A DNA stretch of 64,000 nucleotides from Bugula neritina (lineage: Eukaryota > Animalia > Bryozoa), in contig OZ037765.1 in the NCBI GenBank assembly GCA_964035545.1, positions 35,488,080 through 35,552,079 on the forward strand, read 5' to 3'. Below, in pieces: positions 38,001 through 50,445 of the stretch. Within the stretch, counting starts at the first letter, position 1; every line of letters starts with the position of its first letter. The translations under genes and the position numbers were made by a program. The notes under the pieces were generated by a model, which saw nothing but the letters and a program-made list of their open reading frames with translations, ran no database searches and was not told where the DNA came from.

Positions 38001-41000
38001 CATGTCTAACTTAGAGGAAAATAAATGTGTCGTCACAACGCCTGCTGTAGTTGATAGCAATGATACTCACAGGCCACACGGAAGAAGAATGTACAGTGAC
38101 AACACCAAAAGCATTGTGTGTGTGCTGTAGCTTCTGGTTGTTCTGGTCGGCTAAGCTCAGTATGGCCGGGATGGGGGTACTCACCCCCACACTCACTCCC
38201 AGCGCGTAGAAGAATATGCTCACTGACTGGTTCTGAGAATATTTAAACAGTTAGATGAATCAACCATGTTTAGTATTATTAAATACTCTTACTGGGCTTT
38301 GCTGTCTGCATTGTTTAATGAATATTAAATCATGTTACTCTGTTTATATAAAACAGGAAATAAATAATCAACTTTCAGTCTACTAATTTAATAATCAATC
38401 GCTGCAAGCCTTGTTACCAAAAATGACAGTTTACTTTAGATCTGCATTTCAATATATCAATAAATCAATAGGTCAATAGATCAATATAGTCCTCTGTACA
38501 CTGGAGGGGGGGGGGGTAAATATTCTATGTAAGGTAACTGGGGGTTTACTCTCATACCATGGCATTAGTTGTGTTATTGGAAGATAGAAGTTCATCTAAT
38601 CTATCCTCTGATTAGCTACTAATAAAGCAAGGCCCACCCACTATGGTTAGTTACTGGTGAAACAAGGCCCGCCCACTATGGTTAACTACACTATGGTTAG
38701 CTACACTATGATTAGCTACACTATGGTTAGCTACACTATGGTTAGCTACACTATGGTTAACTACACTATGGTTAGCTACACTATGGTTAGCTACACTATG
38801 GTTAGCTACACTATGGTTAGCTACACTATGGTTAGCTACACTATGGTTAGCTACACTATGGTTAGCTACACTATGGTTAGCTACTAATGAAACAAGGCCC
38901 ACCCACCATCTTCCTGTTCCCATCTGCTATAACCTTACGGATATCTTCTATTTTATCTGAAGGCCCACCATCTGTTAGAAATATGATTGTATCAAGGGAA
39001 TCTTCAAACTGTTCCTACAGTTGATGGCAGAATTGAAAATAAACTTCAAAAATGTATATCTATTTAATTGCACTTTGCTATAAAAACATGTACATACATA
39101 TATTATATACTATATTATATATATGTTTGTGTGTGTATATAGTATAACTTTCACTCACCATGATTACCAGGTGCTAAGAATAAATCTACGAATTGATACT
39201 CAAACATGCAAGTGGTTGCTAGGTGCAACTAAAACAATATTCCTGCAATGTCTATATACTAAATAAGGAAGTGTTGGGTGTGGTGTAGAGCATGCAGCAT
39301 GCTGTTGGAAATTCTCTTACCGATGACGCGTTTTTTATTTCATCGAGCATGTCAAACGCTCGTTTGAAAGCTCGAGAGTAGACAGTTCTGTCTGCAACAT
39401 TAAGATAGTGGGTAGCTGAGCTCAACTTTGTGGAGTGAAAAGATAAATCCTTCAGCAAACTGATTGTGTCAGCTAACTGATTGTGTCAGCTAACTGATTG
39501 TGTCAGCTAACTAATTGTGTCAGCTAACTGATTGTGTCAGCTAACTGATTGTCTCAGCTAACCGATTGTGTCAGCTAACTAATTGTGTCAGCTAACTGAT
39601 TGTCTCAGCTAACTGATTGTGTCAGCTAACTAATTGTGTCAGCTAACTGATTGTGTCAGCTAAGTGATTGTGTCAGCTAACTGATTGTGTCAGCTAACTG
39701 ATTGTCTCAGCTAACTGATTGTGTCAGCTAACTAATTGTGTCAGCTAACTGATTGTGTCAGCTAACTGATTGTCTCAGCTAACTGATTGTGTCAGCTAAC
39801 TAATTGTGTCAGCTAACTGATTGTCTCAGCTAACTGATTGTGTCAGCTAACTAATTGTGTCAGCTAACTGATTGTGTCAGCTAACTGATTGTGTCAGCTA
39901 ACTGATTGTGTCAGCTAACTGATTGTCTCAGCTAACTGATTGTGTCAGCTAACTAATTGTGTCAGCTAACTGATTGTGTCAGCTAACTGATTGTGTCAGC
40001 TAACTGATTGTGTCAGCTAACTGATTGTGTCAGCTAACTAATTGTGTCAGCTAACTGATTGTGTCAGCTAACTGATTGTGTCAGCTAACCGATTGTGTCA
40101 GCTAAGTGATTGTGTCAGCTAACTAAATGTGTCAGCTAACTGATTGTGTCAGCTAACTGATTGTGTCAGTCAACTCCCTGAAACTGATACAGGGTAAACT
40201 GCCAGAAGTTCAAATATTTCTGGCAGCATAAGCTATAACATGTGCAGCTCAGGGCAAGCATTCAGGAAGATCTAATAACAACTACTAGTAGCATCTAGTA
40301 TAGAATAGAGAAAGCAACTCTTCATATTCTGCTAGGAAAGATCAGCTAAAGGAAGTCATAACATGCTGTACAGTCACTGCACTATTTACCGGCTCTAAGG
40401 ATTTAGCATTTTCTAACATGCTGAAGGCTGTTTGTAAACTTTTGCCATAAACAGTTCTGTCTAAAAGTCATCACCGTGGCAACCATTAAACAACACAATG
40501 TAGCTGTTCAAGTTGTAGCTATGCAGTTATCACCATGGAGACAGTATGGTTTACTGTGCAGCTATTCAATGATTTATATTACATATAACATTATTAACAG
40601 GGAAACAGTTTAGCGAATGCAATAAATAACCTTACAACAAATAAGACTGTCTGCTTAACACACCACAACCTCTAGAGCACACCACAACCTCTAGACCTCA
40701 CCACGACCTCTAGAGCACACCGTGACCTCTAGAGCACACCGTGACCTCTAGAACACACCGCAACCTCTAGAACAAGCAACTCACTTATAGGAATAATCGC
40801 ATCAATAAAGTCATTGAAGACTTTTTTGTTTCTGCTGTTGGCCTGTGCAATTTTATCCCCGAAACATCCTTTCGGTGTCCGAACTTCGTTACTGAACGCC
40901 ACGACTCCTGCCTACAAGAATATATATTATACTATGTTACTATTACTACTACCAGAATATATATTATACTATGTTACTATTACTACTACCAGAATATATA

Positions 41001-44000
41001 TTATACTATGTTACTATTACTACTACCAGAATATATATTATACTATGTTACTACTACTACTACCAGAATATATATTATACTATGTTACTATTACTACTAC
41101 CAGAATATATATTATACTTTGTTACTATTACTACTACCAGAATATATATTATACTATGTTACTATTACTACTACCAGAATATATATTATACTATGTTACT
41201 ATTACTACTACCAGAATATATATTATACTATGTTACTATTACTACCAGAATATATATTATACTATGTTACTATTACTACTACCAGAATATATATTATACT
41301 ATGTTACTACTACTACTACCAGAATATATATTATACTATGTTACTATTACTACTACCAGAATATATATTATACTATGTTACTATTACTACTACCAGAATA
41401 TATATTATACTATGTTACTATTACTACTACCAGAATATATACTATACTATTATATTACCCAATCTCTCGCACTGAGAGTGTTCACAACTGTTTTTGCTGC
41501 CTCTTTGGCAGCCGCCAGCCTTGACTTGTATTTAGGAGCATAGAATTGCATGCTGGAGCTTTCATCTATTATAATGACAATATTCTTCTTCTTGGGACTC
41601 ACAGTGTTTACATACCAGCTTCTGGAATACAGTGAGTAGACAACTACCAACTATTACAGTGAGTAGACAACTACCAACTCTTACAGTGAGCAGACAACTA
41701 CCAACTATTACAGTGAGTAGACAACTACTAACTATTACAGTGAGTAGACAACTACCAACTATTACAGTGAGTAGACAACTACCAACTATTACAGTGAGTA
41801 GACAACTACCAACTGTTACAGTGAGTAGACAACTACCAACTATTACAGTGAGTAGACAACTACCAACTATTACAGTGAGTAGACAACTACCAACTATTAC
41901 AGTGAGTAGACAACTACCAACTATTACAGTGAGTAGACAACTACCAACTATTACAGTGAGTAGACAACTACCAACTATTAAAATGAAATGATGACTCACT
42001 GATACCGAAAGTCGTTATCCTCTGTTCCGTTAGACTTAGAGCAAGACTGAGGACCAAAAGACGGGTACTGGTAGTACGTCCCCCAGATATCCCCTGCATA
42101 CTGTCTAGTTACCGACTGGTCAACCAGCTTGTTGCTCAGTAAGTTGGTCTGGAGAGTCGCCAGGAATGAGGGTGGAACTTTATTCTGTGCTCTGAGGCTA
42201 AAGAAGCTGTTGCACATGCTGCCATTGTCAGCAGGAGTGTACCAGGACCTGCGACAGAATCTCAGTAAGTATATTACTACTATGACTAGTGAGTATACTA
42301 CTACTATGATTAGTGAGTATATTACTACTATGACTAGTGAGTATATTACTACTATGACTAGTGAGTATATTACTACTATGACTAGTGAGTATATTACTAC
42401 TATGACTAGTGAGTATATTACTACTATGACTAGTGAGTATATTACTACTATGACTAGTGAGTATACTACTACTATGACTAGTGAGTATACTACTACTATG
42501 ACTAGTGAGTATATTACTACTATGACTAGTGAGTATATTACTACTATGACTAGTGAGTATATTACTACTATGAATAGTGAGTATATTACTACTATGACTA
42601 GTGAGTATATTACTACTATGACTAGTGAGTATATTACTACTATGATTAGTGAGTATACTACTACTATGACTAGTGAGTATATTACTACTATGACTAGTGA
42701 GTATATTACTACTATGACTAGTGAGTATACTACTACTATGATTAGTGAGTATACTACTACTATGACTAGTGAGTATATTACTATGACTAGTGAGTATATT
42801 ACTACTATGACTAGTGAGTATATTACTACTATGACTAGTGAGTATATTACTACTATGACTAGTGAGTATATTACTACTATGACTAGTGAGTATATTACTA
42901 CTATGACTAGTGAGTATATTACTATGACTAGTGAGTATATTACTACTATGACTAGTGAGTATATTACTACTATGACTAGTGAGTATACTACTACTATGAC
43001 TAGTGAGTATACTACTACTATGACTAGTGAGTATATTACTACTGTGACTAGTGAGTATATTACTACTATGACTAGTGAGTATATTACTACTATGACTAGT
43101 GAGTATATTACTACTATGACTAGTGAGTATATTACTACTATGACTAGTGAGTATATTACTACTATGACTAGTGAGTATATTACTACTGTGACTAGTGAGT
43201 ATATTACTACTATGACTAATGAGTATATTACTACTATGACTAGTGAGTATATTACTACTATGACTAGTGAGTATATTACTACTATGACTAGTGAGTATAC
43301 TACTACTATGATTAGTGAGTATATTACTACTATGACTAGTGAGTATATTACTACTATGACTAGTGAGTACATTACTACTATGACTAGTGAGTACATTACT
43401 ACTGTGACTAGTGAGTATATTACTACTATGACTAGTGAGTATATTACTACTATGACTAGTGAGTATATTACTACTATGACTAGTGAGTATATTACTACTA
43501 TGACTAGTGAGTATATTACTACTATGACTAGTGAGTATATTACTACTATGACTAGTGAGTATATTACTACTATGACTAGTGAGTATATTACTACTGTGAC
43601 TAGTGAGTATATTACTACTATGACTAGTGAGTATATTACTACTATGACTAGTGAGTATATTACTACTATGACTAGTGAGTATATTACTACTATGACTAGT
43701 GAGTATATTACTACTATGACTAGTGAGTATATTACTACTATGACTAGTGAGTATATTACTACTATGACTAGTGAGTATATTACTACTATGACTAGTGAGT
43801 ATATTACTACTATGACTAGTGAGTAGTATATTACTACTATGACTAGTGAGTATATTACTACTGTGACTAGTGAGTATATTACTACTATGACTAGTGAGTA
43901 TATTACTACTATGACTAGTGAGTATATTACTACTATGACTAGTGAGTATATTACTACTATGACTAGTGAGTAGTATATTACTACTATGACTAGTGAGTAT

Positions 44001-47000
44001 ATTACTACTGTGACTAGTGAGTATATTACTACTATGACTAGTGAGTATATTACTACTATGACTAGTGAGTATATTACTACTATGACTAGTGAGTATATTA
44101 CTACTATGACTAGTGAGTATATTACTACTATGACTAGTGAATATATTACTACTATGACTAGTGAGTATATTACTACTATGACTAGTGAGTATATTACTAC
44201 TATGACTAGTGAGTATATTACTACTATGACTAGTGAGTATATTACTACTGTGACTAGTGAGTACATTACTACTATGACTAGTGAGTATATTACTACTATG
44301 ACTAGTGAGTATATTACTACTATGACTAGTGAGTATATTACTACTACTGTGACTAGTGAGTACATTACTACTATGACTAGTGAGTATACTACTACTATGA
44401 TTAGTGAGTATATTACTACTATGACTAGTGAGTATATTACTACTATGACTAGTGAATATATTACTACTATGACTAGTGAGTATATTACTACTATGACTAG
44501 TGAGTATATTACTACTATGACTAGTGAGTATATTACTACTATGACTAGTGAGTATATTACTACTATGACTAGTGAGTATATTACTACTATGACTAGTGAG
44601 TATATTACTACTGTGACTAGTGAGTACATTACTACTATGACTAGTGAGTATATTACTACTATGACTAGTGAGTATATTACTACTATGACTAGTGAGTATA
44701 TTACTACTATGACTAGTGAGTATATTACTACTATGACTAGTGAGTATATTACTACTATGACTAGTGAGTATATTACTACTATGACTAGTGAGTATATTAC
44801 TACTATGACTAGTGAGTACATTACTACTATGACTAGTGAGTATACTACTATGACTAGTGAGTATATTACTACTATGACTAGTGAGTATATTACTACTGTG
44901 ACTAGTGAGTATACTACTGTGACTAGTGAGTATATTACTACTATGACTAGTGAGTATATTACTACTATGACTAGTGAGTATATTACTACTATGACTAGTG
45001 AATATATTACTACTATGACTAGTGAGTATATTACTACTATGACTAGTGAGTATATTACTACTATGACTAGTGAGTATATTACTACTATGACTAGTGAGTA
45101 TATTACTACTATGACTAGTGAATATATTACTACTATGACTAGTGAGTATATTACTACTATGACTAGTGAGTATATTACTATGACTAGTGAGTATATTACT
45201 ACTATGACTAGTGAGTATATTACTACTATGACTAGTGAGTATATTACTACTATGACTAGTGAGTATATTACTACTATGACTAGTGAGTATATTACTACTA
45301 TGACTAGTGAGTATATTACTACTATGACTAGTGAGTATATTACTACTATGACTAGTGAGTATATTACTACTATGACTAGTGAGTATATTACTACTATGAC
45401 TAGTGAGTATATTACTACTATGACTAGTGAGTATATTACTACTATGACTAGTGAGTATATTACTACTATGACTAGTGAGTATATTACTACTATGACTAGT
45501 GAGTAGTATATTACTACTATGACTAGTGAGTATATTACTACTGTGACTAGTGAGTATATTACTACTATGACTAGTGAGTATATTACTACTATGACTAGTG
45601 AGTATATTACTACTATGACTAGTGAGTACATTACTACTATGACTAGTGAGTATATTACTACTATGACTAGTGAGTATATTACTACTATGACTAGTGAGTA
45701 TATTACTACTATGACTAGTGAGTATATTACTACTATGACTAGTGAGTATATTACTACTATGACTAGTGAGTATACTACTACTATGACTAGTGAGTATATT
45801 ACTACTATGACTAGTGAGTATATTACTACTGTGACTAGTGAGTATATTACTACTATGATTAGTGAGTATATTACTACTATGACTAGTGAGTATATTACTA
45901 CTATGACTAGTGAGTATATTACTACTATGACTAGTGAGTATATTACTATGACTAGTGAGTATATTACTACTATGACTAGTGAGTATATTACTACTATGAC
46001 TAGTGAGTACATTACTACTATGACTAGTGAGTATACTACTATGACTAGTGAGTATATTACTACTATGACTAGTGAGTATATTACTACTGTGACTAGTGAG
46101 TATACTACTGTGACTAGTGAGTATATTACTACTATGACTAGTGAGTATATTACTACTATGACTAGTGAGTATATTACTACTATGACTAGTGAATATATTA
46201 CTACTATGACTAGTGAGTATATTACTACTATGACTAGTGAGTATATTACTACTATGACTAGTGAGTATATTACTACTATGACTAGTGAGTATATTACTAC
46301 TATGACTAGTGAATATATTACTACTATGACTAGTGAGTATATTACTACTATGACTAGTGAGTATATTACTATGACTAGTGAGTATATTACTACTATGACT
46401 AGTGAGTATATTACTACTATGACTAGTGAGTATATTACTACTATGACTAGTGAGTATATTACTACTATGACTAGTGAGTATATTACTACTATGACTAGTG
46501 AGTATATTACTACTATGACTAGTGAGTATATTACTACTATGACTAGTGAGTATATTACTACTATGACTAGTGAGTATATTACTACTATGACTAGTGAGTA
46601 TATTACTACTATGACTAGTGAGTATATTACTACTATGACTAGTGAGTATATTACTACTATGACTAGTGAGTATATTACTACTATGACTAGTGAGTAGTAT
46701 ATTACTACTATGACTAGTGAGTATATTACTACTGTGACTAGTGAGTATATTACTACTATGACTAGTGAGTATATTACTACTATGACTAGTGAGTATATTA
46801 CTACTATGACTAGTGAGTACATTACTACTATGACTAGTGAGTATACTACTACTATGACTAGTGAGTATATTACTACTATGACTAGTGAGTATATTACTAC
46901 TATGACTAGTGAGTATATTACTACTATGACTAGTGAGTATATTACTACTATGACTAGTGAGTATACTACTACTATGACTAGTGAGTATATTACTACTATG

Positions 47001-49570
47001 ACTAGTGAGTATATTACTACTGTGACTAGTGAGTATATTACTACTATGATTAGTGAGTATATTACTACTATGACTAGTGAGTATATTACTACTATGACTA
47101 GTGAGTATATTACTACTATGACTAGTGAGTATATTACTATGACTAGTGAGTATATTACTACTATGACTAGTGAGTATATTACTACTATGACTAGTGAGTA
47201 TACTACTACTGTGACTAGTGGTCATGTTACCCATTCAGTGGTGGATTGGGGCAGCAGGTGGGGTTAGTTGAGCTGCCTACCGCGAGGCCAGGGTGGTAGA
47301 AGTTCTCTATCAGAGCTCCGTTGGCATCAACAATGTTAGCGGCAGCCTGTATTCTGACAGCTACGGAGTTGGCTAGCATCTGCACCTCGTTGTTTCCTGA
47401 ATGAAGGAGGCAAAGGATAGACAACTTCCACTTTAGTTTTCTAATAACTCGGGATATTGAGCAGCTCGACTGTTACGGAGTGTCGACCTGTCAGCTAACC
47501 AGCCCAATTCAATTCGTTTTGAGACTTGCAGGATTCAAATTAATAAGTTTATGAATTTACTCAATCAATACGATTGTTTGTTTTTCATTGGAATCAATTT
47601 GCCTCAGCCCTAATGTCTTGTTAATCTTGAAATCGTGTTTTTAAGAATAAAGATCCTTGTTCTCATTTTATTACAAGATGTTTTGTATAAAGTGCATACC
47701 TATTTGTGTCTACACATATTAGGTATGTTTTTTTCAGGCCCACATTACTGTATTAGCTTGTATGTATCAAATAACAGCAAACAGCAGCCAGCTAGTAGCT
47801 GGTCTCTCATACAGCTTATAGATTTTTATTCAGATTAAAAATAATATTTTCAGTAAATGTTGACACATCGTACAGTGTTTAACAGGTTGAGTTGAGGTTA
47901 GCGACAGCAAACAGAGTAGAGGTGGATAGAAGAGCAGGTGAGCACTGTTTCAGCAGGTGAACACCGTATCAGCAGGTAGCACTGTGTCAGCAGGTAATAT
48001 TGTGTCAGCAGGTAATACTGTGTCACCAGGTAATACTGTGTCAGCAGGTAATACTAGTAAAGCATAGAATGTTGAATTGTAGAGTTGAGTGAAGTATATG
48101 GTGTAAAATAGACTGCTGTTCCTATAGTGCAGGTAATACTTGATGTATTGCAGCATTACTACTGAACTTTGCGTATCATGTCTTTATTTGCAAGTGTTTT
48201 GTAGTATATAATCTATTGTTTATGCATGTTTTATCAGAATAAAGAACATTGTATTAGATCAGAGTGTGCATAGAAGAGGGCAGGGAGACTAGAGTAAAGA
48301 GTGTAGAGTAGACAGAGGGGAGGGGGAACAGTTGAGAACTGTGTAAAGCTAACTGGTAACACAATATTTGTATTCTACTTTATTCCCACAAATGTGATGT
48401 CCTTCAGTTGATGTAATCCTTTGGGAGAAAATGTAATTAAATATTTGCAGTAGTGGAAACTGATTAGACAGGATAGCAAAACATTTCTGCATACAGCAAG
48501 GTAGACATAATATTATACTGCATACAGCAAGGTAGACATAATATTATACTGCATACAGCAAGGTAGACATACAACAAGGTACCTGCTGTACAGCTGTTTA
48601 ACTGATAGGCAAGCAGAGGGACAGTATAACCACATTGTTGTAAGGTACATGTCTATTGTATACTTTCTATACTCTATACTCTATACTCTATACTCCATAC
48701 TCCATACTCCATACTCCATACTCCATACTCCATACTCCATACTCCATACTCTATACTCTATACTCTATACTCTATACTCTATACTCTATACTCTATACTC
48801 TATACTCTATACTCTATACTCTATACTCTATACTCTATACTCTATACTCTATACTTTATAGTCTATACTCTATACTCTATACATGCATACTCACAGCTCA
48901 ACAGCGCTTTAACAAGCACAAAGCGCTTACATAATATATTTTCATATTTTAGCAACAACGTCACTTTCTTATAGATAACTGATTTTTGTCTCAATGATCT
49001 CTGTCCTACTTCTAACCTTGTTACATTGACCTCTAGCCATTCATAGGCAGCTACTCTACTTTGTTGAAGATTCAATTATTAAAATGTTAGATTGTTAATG
49101 AATTGAATCAGTGGCTATAGTGAGTGTGAGGTGATGATACACTACCTACTCTCTCTTTAACTACACACTGACTGAACAACTCAATTACTCTACTGATTCA
49201 ATATCCGCCCTAACACCAACCTACAATCTTCTTATGACAGCCAGTCTGTACATTCTATGTGAAGTTGTGGTGTGTAGTGTGTATATTTTAACGTATATGT
49301 TACTATAAATTATGTAATATTTCTATGTATACACATGCAGTAACACATTATAGACACAGACTTACCATCCACAGGCAGTGGTGTGTAGCGCACTGTGGTG
49401 TTGTCAAACATTCTATTAAACTTTGCAGTTTGAAGTTCTGTGTCACAGAGGTGCTGGAGGCTTCGACTCAGAGAAAGCACCTGTTTCGGGGTGACAGGTG
49501 TGACATATGTCAAGTGAAGTGTCAGCAGGAGAAGTGCCACATAAAAGCACTGGTGGAGCAAGTGCCCCAT
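26030..49570 (-). CDS. CACHD1: VWA and Cache domain-containing type I membrane protein (CACHD1 / alpha2delta-like), 24 coding exons, ~1254 aa
   Basis: Exons 5'->3', all GT-AG and phase-compatible: 49570-49366, 47396-47231, 42248-42000, 41621-41459, 40911-40785, [40460-40390 OR 39391-39321], 39014-38939, 38607-38558, 38232-38071, 37712-37553, 36719-36564, 36158-36007, 34789-34610, 33699-33547, 33294-33180, 33082-32788, 32184-32062, 31889-31766, 30002-29745, 29637-29559, 29278-29197, 27407-27131, 26600-26468, 26238-26030 (sum 3765 nt). Motifs: signal peptide, SWYV, VWA MIDAS IIIDESSSM, IIFLTDGGP, Cache motifs GLVMTMAKP..GVTAADV, YHRLD, YDPTQQPWY, CFLLDHSGYL, IPRTN, CPCQC, Ser/Thr stalk, TM GLAAGLGVPLGVLGALSAAGLIAFLL, then KRR. 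One-to-one orthology with CACHD1 is not proven. Confidence 0.88.
27436..29190. repeat. 21-bp intronic minisatellite (ctactctacagtctatatata), split by the LINE
   Basis: Arrays at 27436-27820 and 29021-29190. Confidence 0.92.
27830..29020 (+). mobile_element. 5'-truncated CR1/L2-type LINE (RT C-terminal half), antisense in a CACHD1-like intron
   Basis: WVANYLSNR, CGVPQGSVLGPTLFLIYINDL, YADDT, FLGVQIDKNLNW, LWNELP; one frameshift at ~28200; aataaa and (aaac)n tail at 28989-29020; sits inside a 21-bp minisatellite. Confidence 0.92.
30080..31796. repeat. 47/49-bp minisatellite containing an exon 3' end plus the 5' splice site
   Basis: Minus-strand unit ctctcaacactctaccctcacattgttaag|gtcttctcacatatact, ~36 copies; the first copy is the true exon end (31766). 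Confidence 0.93.
32177..32726. repeat. 30-bp minisatellite containing the 3' splice site
   Basis: Minus-strand unit cttatacatacatgtgttacag|agatggta, ~18 copies; the last copy is the acceptor at 32184. Confidence 0.93.
33292..33515. repeat. ~38-39-bp minisatellite containing the 3' splice site
   Basis: cagcttcaacacacaacttgagtatataatcatactga x6; minus-strand gtgttgaag|ctg acceptor in every copy. Confidence 0.92.
33747..34572. repeat. 17-bp intronic minisatellite (actagtagtgtactgag)
   Basis: About 48 copies. Confidence 0.93.
34860..36006. repeat. 27-bp intronic minisatellite (tgatatgatgactcattactagacaca) beginning exactly at the donor site
   Basis: About 42 copies; the first minus-strand unit gtatctagtgatgag is the donor. 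Confidence 0.95.
36301..36600. repeat. 41-bp minisatellite containing an exon 3' end plus the 5' splice site
   Basis: ctgtacagcccctacctcctctagttacaagaaacgcatat x7; minus-strand ggag|gtagg in 6 copies. Confidence 0.93.
36752..37540. repeat. 23-bp intronic minisatellite (ctctttacactatatattatata)
   Basis: About 34 copies. Confidence 0.93.
37738..38012. repeat. 39-bp intronic minisatellite
   Basis: tatactactatatcaatatattatcacatgtctaattca x7. Confidence 0.92.
38620..38905. repeat. 15-bp intronic minisatellite (ctacactatggttag) nested in a short degenerate repeat
   Basis: About 14 copies, bracketed by repeats of caaggcccaccc. Confidence 0.9.
39321..39391 (-). CDS. Alternative exon 6B of the CACHD1-like gene (71 nt; RTVYSRAFKRAFDMLDEIKNASS)
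   Basis: ttgcag acceptor, gtaaga donor, phase 1 to 0; same length and same start (acagaactgt) as 6A. Confidence 0.82.
39458..40170. repeat. 17-bp minisatellite (ctgattgtgtcagctaa) between the two alternative exons
   Basis: About 42 copies. Confidence 0.95.
40390..40460 (-). CDS. Alternative exon 6A of the CACHD1-like gene (71 nt; RTVYGKSLQTAFSMLENAKSLEP)
   Basis: ttttag acceptor, gtaaat donor, phase 1 to 0; paralogous to 39321-39391. Confidence 0.8.
40916..41450. repeat. 37-bp intronic minisatellite
   Basis: ccagaatatatattatactatgttactattactacta x~14, filling the whole intron. Confidence 0.94.
41628..41980. repeat. 27-bp intronic minisatellite (acagtgagtagacaactaccaactatt)
   Basis: 13 copies filling the intron up to the acceptor. 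Confidence 0.94.
42264..47220. repeat. 24-bp intronic satellite (tatgactagtgagtatattactac), ~5 kb
   Basis: About 205 copies filling CACHD1-like intron 2; source of the spurious 1608- and 1668-aa ORFs. Confidence 0.97.
48665..48882. repeat. 7-bp repeat (atactct/atactcc)
   Basis: About 30 copies in intron 1. Confidence 0.92.
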
Positions 49571-50445
49571 GGTGAGTTTTAGCCAAAGTTACTGTATTTC
49601 TCAAAGAGCTTTTCAATAGAAGGTTAACTCTTTGCTGTAAGAAATAAGTTAATAATTACATGAGCCAGTAATTCAATAGATAATAATTTACCTGAAAGAT
49701 TTATATCAGAATTAAAATGTCATTATTAATAATAATATTATATTATAATATACCATAATCCTTATCAGTTATGTGCTGCGGCTGTGACGTGTACTACCCT
49801 CCCCCAGTGTGCACTGAGTAGCATAGGAACTGAGACTAGCACCTTTATCATTGTAATAGTCGTGTTTGACCATTTGAGATTATTCAGGGCCAAACAAGTC
49901 AATCTGACACCACTTATAGGGCAGTGTGAAGATGTTTATTGCTTTATGATTGTTAACACTTTTTAGCTATATTAAATAACACTCTCTAGCTATATTACAT
50001 AACACTCTATGTCTGTATTACATAACACTCTATAGCTATAATATATAACTTTCTAGGTCTGTATTAATATTATCATCTCAATATAAGAAATTTAATTTCT
50101 AGGACTTTGAGTTGGTTGTAGAAAGGTTTGATTGTGTTACCACGCCACTTTACACATGAAATGTTGTCACTGGAAAAACTTAAAAATCAATACTAAGTGT
50201 TTCAGAATTTCAAAGAATATAAATATATCTACTATAGTTTGTGCCTAAATATCAGTTATGAAACATGAAAGCAGATGCAGTTTGCTATTTCTAGCAGTTG
50301 AGATTATTTAACTAACCCCTGGAGCCTCATCAAGGCTTTTATGTCGCATAAACTTGGGCTGAAATAAGCCATTACACATGAAATACTTTGGTTACGAATA
50401 TGTAAATGCTGATTTGTTGCAGGTAAAGAAGAAAGAGAAGGTTGA

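Noticed and set aside
30080-41980. Regular 27-49 bp repeats resembling CRISPR arrays
   Set aside because: Head-to-tail units with no unique spacers, no cas genes, and an intronic eukaryotic context.
41996-47267. Very long ORFs (1608, 1668, 565, 506 aa)
   Set aside because: Translations of a stop-free 24-bp satellite, open in several frames on both strands and bounded by canonical splice sites of the real exons.
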